From contig JAQVJM010000005.1 in assembly GCA_028695135.1 (NCBI GenBank), positions 1 through 39,955 on the forward strand: a DNA stretch of 39,955 nt. Direction: 5' to 3'. This document shows, piece after piece, positions 33,240 to 39,955 of this stretch; position 1 is the stretch's first letter, and every line of letters begins with the position of its first letter. The notes beneath the pieces were generated by a model. The model worked only from the letters and a program-made list of their open reading frames with translations, searched no databases and was not told where the DNA came from. Both the position numbers and the translations under genes were made by a program. Source of the DNA: Candidatus Moraniibacteriota bacterium (GTDB lineage Bacteria > Patescibacteriota > Minisyncoccia > Moranbacterales > UBA9337).

Positions 33240-33617
33240 ATGCAATTTTCAGAAGAAGATAAAATTTTCATTTGGAAAGTTGTTATGGTTTTTTTTGAAG
33301 AAAGCAGAAAATTCGAGGATTTTATTTTAGAAAACGCCAAAGGCGCAATGAAGAAATGGCCGATAAAATCGATTACGTCTCCGGGGATAATCAGGATCGA
33401 CAGATCCAGCGCCGTTACATTGCTGGAAAGCAAAATTAAGGCCTACTACCTCGGACGGCAGTTTGAGGAAGAAATCAGAGAAAGAGTGGATCTTCCAAAA
33501 GAAGAGATTATGGTCCGGATAAGCAGAAAAAGGAGCGGGATCGATATCCGGCTGCGTCTGAAAAATGAGGATGGACTCAGGATAGCAGAAATCTCCGCCA
33601 AAAGGAAACAGCGTTGA
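33240..33617 (+). CDS. Hypothetical protein (125 aa from MQFSEEDKIF)
   Basis: An AAGGAGGG SD lies 6 nt before ATG 33240. Two tandem terminators follow. There is no recognisable domain. Confidence 0.55.
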   Translation: MQFSEEDKIFIWKVVMVFFEESRKFEDFILENAKGAMKKWPIKSITSPGIIRIDRSSAVTLLESKIKAYYLGRQFEEEIRERVDLPKEEIMVRISRKRSGIDIRLRLKNEDGLRIAEISAKRKQR

Positions 33618-33658
33618 CGCTTGTCATAAACAAGAAAACATTTCCAAAAAAAATTCCG

Positions 33659-33695
33659 ATCCGGAAAGCGGCAAAAGCCAGATTCCGGATTTTTA
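33659..33695 (+). terminator. Rho-independent terminator
   Basis: ATCCGGAA-16 nt loop-TTCCGGAT followed by TTTTT. Confidence 0.6.
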
Positions 33696-33708
33696 TTTTT
33701 TAAAAAGT

Positions 33709-33746
33709 AGAGGCTATCGTGCCATTTAGCAGGTAGCCTCTTTTTT
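33709..33746. terminator. Second (bidirectional) terminator hairpin
   Basis: AGAGGCTA-17 nt loop-TAGCCTCT followed by TTTTTT on the plus strand, with an A-run upstream that serves the minus-strand ORF ending at 33765. Confidence 0.55.
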
Positions 33747-33764
33747 GTTTGTTTTTATTTTTTG

Positions 33765-33932
33765 TTATTTTTTTGCGTCCCTTTCTTTTCCCGCCTTCTT
33801 TTCGCGGTCGATCCAGGCAAGAAAATTTTTTCTTTCTTCGGTCATTGGAGACTCTTTACTTTCTTCTTCGGAATCCCCATTCCCATAGCTGTCGTCCATC
33901 GAACAGACGAAACCGCAATTGCTATCAGGCAT
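33765..33932 (-). CDS. Hypothetical small acidic protein (55 aa from MPDSNCGFV)
   Basis: A GGGAG SD lies 6 nt before ATG 33930-33932. The gene has its own TTGATT-16-TATAAT promoter candidate upstream and its own terminator. Confidence 0.4.
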   Translation of the reverse strand: MPDSNCGFVCSMDDSYGNGDSEEESKESPMTEERKNFLAWIDREKKAGKERDAKK

Positions 33933-34060
33933 TTCTATCTCCCTATTTATTGGATTTTTATTTTTTGTAAATTTTAAAAACAAACAATTTTATTATAATA
34001 GAAAAATAGGATAAATCAAAGCGTCTGTTTAATTGCAAATATTTTTTATTTTATAATAAT

Positions 34061-34088
34061 AAAAAACGCCTATTTTGAGGCGTTTTGA
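34061..34088 (-). terminator. Terminator downstream of the DUF3467 gene
   Basis: AACGCCT-6 nt loop-AGGCGTT with flanking A and T runs. Confidence 0.6.
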
Positions 34089-34115
34089 AAGTTTTAAAAA
34101 ACTGAGTTTTATTTT

Positions 34116-34439
34116 TTACTGTCTCTCCTGAAAGCCGATACCGGCGTTTTCCGGAGAGCTGGCTTCTTCGATTGACCCGAATCTTTCTTCATATTTTTTT
34201 AGATTCTCCTCCATCGCCCGCACCATTCTTTTGAAATGTCCCGGTGAAACAATCACTCGAGAATTGAGAGTTCCGGTCGGAGGAAAAACATTTAGGAAAT
34301 CCAGCACGAATTCTTCCTTGGCATGGAGGATCTGCATCATGTTGGAATATGTCCCTCCAAGCTTCTCATCGCTCGCTTTGATGTTAATTTTTTGACCTTG
34401 CTGTCCGCCTTTCGGAGCATTATTAGTTGACTGATTCAT
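34116..34439 (-). CDS. DUF3467 domain-containing protein (107 aa from MNQSTNN)
   Basis: The core GGTYSNMMQILHAKEEFVLDFLNVFPP...SRVIVSPGHFKRMVRAMEENLKKYEERFGSI matches the DUF3467 pattern as I remember it. Confidence 0.65.
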   Translation of the reverse strand: MNQSTNNAPKGGQQGQKINIKASDEKLGGTYSNMMQILHAKEEFVLDFLNVFPPTGTLNSRVIVSPGHFKRMVRAMEENLKKYEERFGSIEEASSPENAGIGFQERQ

Positions 34440-34539
34440 ATTTTTGAATATGTGATTAGTTATTAATATTCTCGTTTGTTTTATTCTAACATAAAAAATG
34501 GAATGAAGTTGTTCTTCCATTCCATAATTATTTCTTAAA

Positions 34540-34812
34540 CTACTTTCTCGCCTTTCTTTCTTCTATCGCCTTTTTAAGACGTTCCCTGGCACGCTGCTCA
34601 AATTCTGCAGCTCTTTTATTGCGATCAGCAAAATTTGCTTTTTGATGTTCAATAATTGCTGACCCAGCCTTCTTTATGGCACTCCCTGTCTCAGCAACCG
34701 CCTTATCAAAATTGTCGCTCTCAATGAATTTTTTAGAGGCTTTATATAAAATACCTCCCAAGACCGCAATGATAATGACTTTACCCACTTCTTTAATATC
34801 TTTTGAATCCAT
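34540..34812 (-). CDS. Hypothetical small membrane-anchored Lys/Glu-rich helical protein (90 aa)
   Basis: A GGGAGGA SD lies 4 nt before ATG 34810-34812. One N-terminal TM helix (VGKVIIIAVLGGILY) is followed by a charged helical tail. Confidence 0.5.
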   Translation of the reverse strand: MDSKDIKEVGKVIIIAVLGGILYKASKKFIESDNFDKAVAETGSAIKKAGSAIIEHQKANFADRNKRAAEFEQRARERLKKAIEERKARK

Positions 34813-35032
34813 CACATCCTCCCTTTTTATATTTTAATATAAATAACTATTATACATATTAATTAAAGCTTATCATACAATTTTAATATTTTTTGTCAAC
34901 CCAAATTGATAATGCATACACTCATGCTGCACTTTTTTAGCAAACTCGGAGCATATGAAAACTGTGCCCAAAACAACACCGAAAGATAAGCTCTGGTGGA
35001 TAAGTTCCATCCTTGAAAAAAATAATAATTAA

Positions 35033-35060
35033 GAAAAAGCGGGGGTATAAAACCCCCGCT
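35033..35060 (-). terminator. Rho-independent terminator of dnaK
   Basis: On the minus strand, AGCGGGGG-TTTTATA-CCCCCGCT is followed by TTTTT, immediately after the dnaK stop. Confidence 0.8.
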
Positions 35061-35066
35061 AATTAA

Positions 35067-37028
35067 TTACTTCTTATCTTCGTCTTTCCCTGTCCCGTCA
35101 TCCTCGGATGATTGAGATTTCTCATCAGAAGGTTCTGTCTCAGCATCCTTAGGCTGACCTTCTGCTCCAGTTTGTTCAGCGCCTGACTGACCCTGAGCTC
35201 CTGATTGACCCTCGGGTTGAGCTGCTTTGTAAAGCTCTTCGCCGATCTTTTGCGCTTCTTGAGAGAACTCTTCAGTCGCTTTCTTGATGTCCTCAGTAGA
35301 AGCATCTTTGTTTTCCAGAACTTTTTTAAGCGCTTCTATCTTTTCTTCCACCGGTTTCCTTTTATCATCGGAAATCTTGTCTCCAGATTCTTTCAAAGCT
35401 TTTTCTGTGCTATGCACCAAGCTCTCGGCAATATTTCTAGCTTCCACAGTTTCTTTCTTTTTCTTGTCTTCTTCTGCATGAGCCTCAGCGTCTTTTTTCA
35501 TCTTCTCTATTTCTTCTTCGCTGATTCCGGTCGAGGCCTCGATTCTTATGGACTGTTCTTTGCCGGTCGCCTTGTCTTTGGCAGACACGTTTAGAATTCC
35601 GTTGGCATCGATGTCAAAAGTAACTTCGATCTGAGGCACACCTCTCGGCGCCGGAGCGATTCCGTCCAGGATGAATCTTCCCAGAGTCTTGTTTCCGCTG
35701 GCTACTTCCCGCTCTCCCTGAAGGACATGGATCTCAACGCTCGGCTGATTGTCAGCCGCAGTCGAGAAAATTTGGCTTTTCTTAGTGGGAATCGTGGTAT
35801 TTCTCTCGATAAGAGGAGTGGAAATCCCCCCCATAGTCTCAATACCAAGAGTAAGAGGAGTCACGTCCAGAAGAAGCACGTCCTTAACTGATCCTTCCAG
35901 AACTCCGCCCTGGATCGCCGCTCCAAGAGCCACGACTTCATCAGGATTCACGGACGCGTTAGGTTTTTTACCGAAAAATTCTTCAACTTTCTTCTGGACC
36001 AACGGCATCCTGGTCATCCCTCCGACCATCACGATTTCATTGATGTCTTTAGTCTCAAGTTTTGCGTCAGATAGAGCTTTCTTGACCGGATCCATCGTTT
36101 TTGTCACCAAATCACCCACCAATTCCTCCATTTTTGATCGGGTAATTTTCATCACCAGATGTTTCGGTCCGGAAGCATCAGTGGTGATAAAAGGTTGGTT
36201 GATTTCGGTTTCCTGGGCAGTAGAAAGCTCGATCTTGGCTTTTTCGGCAGATTCTTTTATCCGCTGGAGAGCCAGATTGTCTTTGCTCAGATCAATTCCT
36301 TCCTGTTTCTTGAATTCATCAATTATCCATTTTATAAGCACTTGGTCAAAATCGTCTCCTCCGAGATGGGTGTCCCCGTTGGTGCTTATAACTTCGACCG
36401 TATCGTCTCCGACTTCCAGGATGGATATGTCAAACGTTCCTCCTCCAAGATCGTAAACGGCGATCTTTTCATTCTTCTTCTTGTCAAAACCATACGCCAA
36501 CGCGGCCGCAGTCGGCTCATTTATTATTCTCTTTACTTTGAGTCCGGCGATCTCTCCGGCTTCCTTGGTAGCTTTTCTCTGCGAGTCGTCAAAATAGGCC
36601 GGAACGGTAATGACCGCTTCTTCTATTTTTTCTCCCAATTTATCTTCTGCATCGGCTTTGAGTTTCTGAAGAACCATCGAAGAAATTTCCCGGGGAGTAT
36701 ATTCCTTGTCTCCCATCTTGACCTTGGTCTGACCTTTGTCGCCCTCAATAATCTTATAAGGCATCAGTTTTATGTCTTCTTGCACTTCAGGATCCTTAAA
36801 CTCTCTTCCGATGAGGCGCTTTACGGAAAACAAGGTGTTTTCCGGATTAGTGACAGCCTGGCGTTTTGCCAAAAGTCCCACTAGTCTTTCTCCGCTTTTG
36901 TTCACGGCCACCATTGAAGGAGTGGTCCTGTTTCCCTCTTTGTTTTCGATGATTTCCGGCTTGCCTCCCTGAACCACCGCCATAGCGCTATTGGTAGTTC
37001 CGAGATCGATTCCTAATATTTTTCCCAT
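35067..37028 (-). CDS. dnaK: Molecular chaperone DnaK (Hsp70)
   Basis: [25 protein letters not shown] and [10 protein letters not shown] motifs in a full-length 653-aa protein with an acidic C-terminal tail. Confidence 0.98.
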   Translation of the reverse strand: MGKILGIDLGTTNSAMAVVQGGKPEIIENKEGNRTTPSMVAVNKSGERLVGLLAKRQAVTNPENTLFSVKRLIGREFKDPEVQEDIKLMPYKIIEGDKGQTKVKMGDKEYTPREISSMVLQKLKADAEDKLGEKIEEAVITVPAYFDDSQRKATKEAGEIAGLKVKRIINEPTAAALAYGFDKKKNEKIAVYDLGGGTFDISILEVGDDTVEVISTNGDTHLGGDDFDQVLIKWIIDEFKKQEGIDLSKDNLALQRIKESAEKAKIELSTAQETEINQPFITTDASGPKHLVMKITRSKMEELVGDLVTKTMDPVKKALSDAKLETKDINEIVMVGGMTRMPLVQKKVEEFFGKKPNASVNPDEVVALGAAIQGGVLEGSVKDVLLLDVTPLTLGIETMGGISTPLIERNTTIPTKKSQIFSTAADNQPSVEIHVLQGEREVASGNKTLGRFILDGIAPAPRGVPQIEVTFDIDANGILNVSAKDKATGKEQSIRIEASTGISEEEIEKMKKDAEAHAEEDKKKKETVEARNIAESLVHSTEKALKESGDKISDDKRKPVEEKIEALKKVLENKDASTEDIKKATEEFSQEAQKIGEELYKAAQPEGQSGAQGQSGAEQTGAEGQPKDAETEPSDEKSQSSEDDGTGKDEDKK

Positions 37029-37107
37029 ATGTTTATTAGCTTATAGTTTTTAGCTTATAGCTTTTAGGTGTTATAAGCTCAAAAACTATTTATTTAATTT
37101 TTATAAT

Positions 37108-37260
37108 TTACTTGTTAATTTTGAATTCATCTGCTATATTTATCCCGCAGTCCTCCTTAACCTCAGCCCCAGGGAGATTTTCAAGAGCTTTTCCTTGAAG
37201 CCCTGGGCAGCCCGGCTGGATGCAATTTATTCTCAACGTTGGAATAAAGCATACTTACGG
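37108..37260 (-). other. GC-rich structured island in the grpE-dnaK spacer, also containing a 42-codon TTG-initiated ORF (37108-37236)
   Basis: Two-part hairpin: CCCAGGG (37168-37174) pairs with CCCTGGG (37201-37207), enclosing TTCAAG (37180-37185) paired with CTTGAA (37194-37199). The minus-strand frame reads (TTG)RINCIQPGCPGLQGKALENLPGAEVKEDCGINIADEFKINK and then a stop. Confidence 0.3.
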
Positions 37261-37273
37261 GCTTCTTTAATTC

Positions 37274-37771
37274 CTACTTCACTATAACTCTGGCCGGCCT
37301 TATTATTTTATCGCCAATCTTATATCCTTTTAAAACTACTTTATCCACCTTTCCATCGCCTCCTTTTTCGCCTATCGCTTGCTCCTTGTCGCCTTTATCG
37401 ATTGCCTCACAGAATTTTGTATCAAAATTATCTCCCATTTTTATATCGATCTCCTCTATTCCATTTTCTCTTAAAACATCCTCCAATTGCTTCTTGATAT
37501 GCATTATTCCGGTAACCCATGGATTGTCTTTCTGATCCTCCGGGATATGTTCCACTGAGGAAGAAAAATTATCCAAAACAGGAAGAATTTGTAAAACTAT
37601 GCTTTCGGTCGCATACCTTATGACGCTTTTATTGCTTTCGGCCTGTCTTTTTTTATAATTATCAAATTCCGCCTGACATCTTTTCCATCCATCTAAATAC
37701 TCTTGCGCCAAACTTTCGGTTGATTTTTTTCCTTTATTTTTTTTACTTAATTTTTCTTTTTTTTCTCTCAT
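37274..37771 (-). CDS. grpE: Nucleotide exchange factor GrpE
   Basis: Lys-rich N-terminus; coiled coil with FDNYKKR; and the C-terminal beta-domain ending ...KIIRPARVIV. The gene lies between hrcA and dnaK. Confidence 0.9.
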   Translation of the reverse strand: MREKKEKLSKKNKGKKSTESLAQEYLDGWKRCQAEFDNYKKRQAESNKSVIRYATESIVLQILPVLDNFSSSVEHIPEDQKDNPWVTGIMHIKKQLEDVLRENGIEEIDIKMGDNFDTKFCEAIDKGDKEQAIGEKGGDGKVDKVVLKGYKIGDKIIRPARVIVK

Positions 37772-37787
37772 ATTCGATATTTAAAAG

Positions 37788-38528
37788 TTAAATACTGATT
37801 AAAATTGCGATCGTAAATGAAGCGCCTAGAATCTTTTTTACATATTCAATCAAGGATTTGTTTTTGGCATATTTCATCCTTTTGGGTCCGATCAGCGCCA
37901 AAACTCCTTTTTCTCCGCTTTTGAGCTTGTACGGAGAAACTATCATCGAACATCCGGAAATTTCTTTGACCGGATTCTCTTCTCCGATAAATATCCTGGT
38001 TTCTCCTTCGGGAATATCCCTGATTATTTTTTCAAACATTTCATCCACATAATCCAAGGTCTCCGCCAACTTGCAAACCTCGTCCAGCTCCTTGAATTCC
38101 GGCTGCTCCAAAAGCTCGCTCATCCCAAAATCATAAAAATCCCCTTCTTCCAAAACTCCGCTAACCGCCAAATTTCCGGATATTCCCGAAAGAAGCTTGG
38201 CTGTCGTCCTTGATAACCGGGTGTTTTTGGCTTTGAGCTTCAAAAGCTCTTCCTGAAGACGCATCTGTTCTTTTTTTGTCAGTTCTTTATCTTTCATCAA
38301 AGATTCGACAAAATATCTATAGCCTTTGTCGGTCGGAATCCTCCCTGCGCTGATATGAGGCTGATGGAGGTATCCTTCTTTTTCCAGATGAGCCATATCA
38401 TTTCTAATCGTTGCGGAGCTGGCATCAATTTTATATTTTTCAACCAATATTTTCGAACCGACTGCGTTGGCTGTTTGGGTATATTCTTCAATGATGTTTC
38501 CTAAAATTTTTTCTTGCCGATTATTCAT
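37788..38528 (-). CDS. hrcA: Heat-inducible transcription repressor HrcA (compact, 246 aa)
   Basis: N-terminal wHTH ILGNIIEEYTQTANAVGSKILVEKY...SSATIRNDMAHLEKEGYLHQPHISAGRIPTDKGYRYFV, and the C-terminal LIGPKRMKY motif. A CIRCE operator lies upstream. Confidence 0.9.
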   Translation of the reverse strand: MNNRQEKILGNIIEEYTQTANAVGSKILVEKYKIDASSATIRNDMAHLEKEGYLHQPHISAGRIPTDKGYRYFVESLMKDKELTKKEQMRLQEELLKLKAKNTRLSRTTAKLLSGISGNLAVSGVLEEGDFYDFGMSELLEQPEFKELDEVCKLAETLDYVDEMFEKIIRDIPEGETRIFIGEENPVKEISGCSMIVSPYKLKSGEKGVLALIGPKRMKYAKNKSLIEYVKKILGASFTIAILISI

Positions 38529-38603
38529 AAACCTACGAAACTACAAATCTATTACAAATATACAAATTATATTCTAATTTTATTTTCGATTCGATATAGT
38601 TTC

Positions 38604-38632
38604 ATTATACTTCACGCTTTAGCACTCGTCAA
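38604..38632 (-). promoter_or_regulatory. Promoter TTGACG-17-TATAAT whose -35 box lies inside CIRCE
   Basis: On the minus strand, the -35 box is at 38627-38632 and the -10 box at 38604-38609. A second candidate, TTGACA-17-TAAACT, lies at 38650-38678 just upstream of CIRCE. Confidence 0.55.
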
Positions 38633-38645
38633 GTTTGAGTGCTAA
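38619..38645 (-). promoter_or_regulatory. CIRCE operator (HrcA binding site)
   Basis: Perfect match to the consensus: TTAGCACTC-N9-GAGTGCTAA. Confidence 0.95.
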
Positions 38646-38696
38646 TTTTAGTTTAGGATAATTTTAAAAAAGTGTCAACTGGATTTTTGCATACAA

Positions 38697-38724
38697 AAAC
38701 ACGTTCGCCTAGGCGAACGTGTTT
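38697..38724 (-). terminator. Rho-independent terminator of the KH-domain gene
   Basis: On the minus strand, AAACACGTTCGCC-TA-GGCGAACGTGTTT is followed by a T-run. Confidence 0.8.
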
Positions 38725-38745
38725 CTTATAAAAAGTTGCTTTAGA

Positions 38746-39078
38746 TTACATTTTTTCTATATCTTCTACAACTTCATCAATACTTTTTTTCTCAGATCCT
38801 TCAGCTTTTTTAGCTCTTTCAGATCCTTCCGGCTCGTTGATTTTCAAATTTACGCGAGCATTATTTTTTGCTCCTATCACTCTTAAAAGAGTTCTTAGGG
38901 CTTTAGCTGTCTGACCTTCTCGGCCGATAACTATTCCCATATCAGCCGGATTTACATCCAAACTTACGAGAACGCCCATTTCATCAACTTTTCTTTCAAC
39001 TTTTACGTCGTCAGGATTGTCAACAAGCATTTTTACAATCTGCTCGATAAATCCAGCATCTGATATTGCTTCTGCCAT
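38746..39078 (-). CDS. khpA: KH-domain RNA-binding protein (KhpA / YlqC, UPF0109-like) with a charged C-terminal extension
   Basis: IVKMLVDNPDDVKVE...LSLDVNPADMGIVIGREGQTAKALRTLL contains the GxxG motif. Confidence 0.8.
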   Translation of the reverse strand: MAEAISDAGFIEQIVKMLVDNPDDVKVERKVDEMGVLVSLDVNPADMGIVIGREGQTAKALRTLLRVIGAKNNARVNLKINEPEGSERAKKAEGSEKKSIDEVVEDIEKM

Positions 39079-39140
39079 ACTTTTTTTCTTTCTAACTAAT
39101 TACGGAAACGACATGCCAAAAACCCATCGTTTCATCTTCT

Positions 39141-39169
39141 ATTATATATTATTTCCGCCAAATTGTCAA
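39141..39169 (-). promoter_or_regulatory. Perfect consensus promoter TTGACA-17-TATAAT for the KH-domain gene
   Basis: On the minus strand, the -35 box is at 39164-39169 and the -10 box at 39141-39146. The leader of about 55 nt contains a 7-bp hairpin (GAAACGA/TCGTTTC). Confidence 0.65.
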
Positions 39170-39205
39170 ACAAAAACCGCTTTATACCTGCTTAAAAAAA
39201 TTTAT

Positions 39206-39895
39206 CTAGGCTATCCTATAAATAACGTCTTTTTTCTCAACTACTATCTTCCAGCCTTTTCTTTCCGCAATCTCTTTGAGGTTTTTGTTGGGATTAAAGG
39301 CTATGGGATTTTCAACCAGATCCAAAAAACTCGCATCGGATTCCGTATCGCCCACGCCATAAGAACATTTGAGCGTAAGATCATTTTCAAAAACATACTG
39401 CTTTATGAGCTGTCCTTTATCTCTCACTGGAGCAAATTCTTCTTCTCCTGTATAGATATTGTTTTCCATTTCATAGACGCTTCCAAAAACCTCATCGAAA
39501 TTCAAACGCAATCGATTAAATTCCTTGACAACTTCTATCGGGGAACCGGATACGGCAATTATATGGTAACTATCTTTTTTTAATCTTTTTATAAGCTTTT
39601 CCGCAAATATATAGGTTCTGTCTTTATGAAAAGGAACGACCGCTCTGCTTGCTTTTTCAACATCTTCCAGTCTACAGCCCTTTATGTGCTCACTGTAAAG
39701 CCTGACTAATCTCTTTCTATAATCCTCATAAGTACCTTTATGCTCCAGCCAGCTGGTGTAAGCCTTAAGGAGCTCTCTGCGGGCGCTTTTGGGAAAAACT
39801 TTCATCCAAACCAATTCATCGATCAATTCGAAATGAAGATTTTTTCTAAAAATCGTTCCGTCAATATCGAATATGGCTAATTTATTCTTCTGCAT
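39206..39895 (-). CDS. HAD-IB family hydrolase (phosphoserine-phosphatase-like)
   Basis: Motif I is LAIFDIDGTIF; motif II is IIAVSGSP; motif IV is GVGDTESDASFL. Confidence 0.8.
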   Translation of the reverse strand: MQKNKLAIFDIDGTIFRKNLHFELIDELVWMKVFPKSARRELLKAYTSWLEHKGTYEDYRKRLVRLYSEHIKGCRLEDVEKASRAVVPFHKDRTYIFAEKLIKRLKKDSYHIIAVSGSPIEVVKEFNRLRLNFDEVFGSVYEMENNIYTGEEEFAPVRDKGQLIKQYVFENDLTLKCSYGVGDTESDASFLDLVENPIAFNPNKNLKEIAERKGWKIVVEKKDVIYRIA

Positions 39896-39955
39896 ATTTT
39901 TTTTATTTATATTTAAACTCTCTCTTTGGAAAAGGGAGATTCCGCTTTGCGGGAG

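Noticed and set aside
33143-33433. A 96-aa minus-strand ORF across the divergent control region and the 5' part of ORF 33240-33617.
   Set aside because: It runs through the promoter and SD of the plus-strand gene, which has far better initiation signals. It has no SD of its own.
34921-35030. Short plus-strand ORFs (21 and 25 codons; for example MKTVPKTTPKDKLWWISSILEKNNN) in the spacer upstream of the dnaK terminator.
   Set aside because: They have only a weak GGAG with too-short spacing, no convincing promoter, and no composition shift. The evidence is insufficient to call them.
35063-35305. An 80-aa alternative-frame ORF inside the dnaK 3' end.
   Set aside because: It is nested in the dnaK acidic-tail coding region, in another frame. 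It has a repetitive low-complexity translation and no independent signals.
35749-36884. Two long plus-strand ORFs (235 aa and 241 aa) opposite dnaK.
   Set aside because: They lie antisense to a fully conserved dnaK. Their low-complexity Ser/Phe/Leu-rich translations are typical of shadow ORFs, and they have no initiation signals.
1-39955. Possibility of an alternative genetic code (UGA recoded, as in some CPR lineages such as Gracilibacteria/Absconditabacteria).
   Set aside because: All conserved proteins (DnaK, RarA, PBP2, MreB, Dus and others) are full length and uninterrupted under the standard code. There is therefore no evidence of in-frame UGA in conserved genes.

Overview
This is an AT-rich, gene-dense chromosomal segment. 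Gene content and protein style (DUF2207, DUF5671, DUF3467, membrane-fused spermidine-synthase-like protein, several ArnT-like GT-C enzymes, compact HrcA) suggest a Candidate Phyla Radiation / Patescibacteria (Parcubacteria-like) bacterium using the standard code 11. That assignment is an inference. Almost all large genes lie on the minus strand.

Recognisable content, left to right:
- a standalone WYL-like protein, a sigma-70 factor, DUF2207, and a YgjP/DUF45 metallopeptidase;
- an envelope glycosylation cassette: LPG-synthase-TM/flippase-like protein, GT4, two GT-C/ArnT-like enzymes, and a GT2 polyprenyl-phosphate glycosyltransferase;
- M50 protease, rpmB (missed by the ORF track), and rarA;
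- spermidine-synthase-like membrane protein and S41 protease;
- a second glycan cluster: GT2, LCP, GT4, O-antigen-ligase-like protein, GT4;
- dus, a trans-polyprenyl synthase, and mrdA-mreD-mreC-mreB;
- hrcA-grpE-dnaK with a perfect CIRCE operator, a KH-domain protein, and a HAD hydrolase.

I saw no CRISPR array, rRNA, tRNA, transposase or integrase.

The best candidates for something undescribed are two islets of small orphan ORFs. Unlike the core genes, they carry strong GGAGG ribosome-binding sites.
- 12.38-13.54 kb holds a tandem paralogous small-protein pair behind a palindrome-gated consensus promoter, plus a Cys-rich orphan.
- 31.0-34.8 kb holds eight small genes between mreB and dnaK.
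No known domain could be assigned to most of these proteins, so any function is hypothesis only.

Other points:
- an unannotated 39-aa protein made entirely of xxKRK pentapeptide repeats;
- a GC-rich structured island in the grpE-dnaK spacer;
- apparent leaderless promoter-start architectures;
- REP-like palindromic elements.
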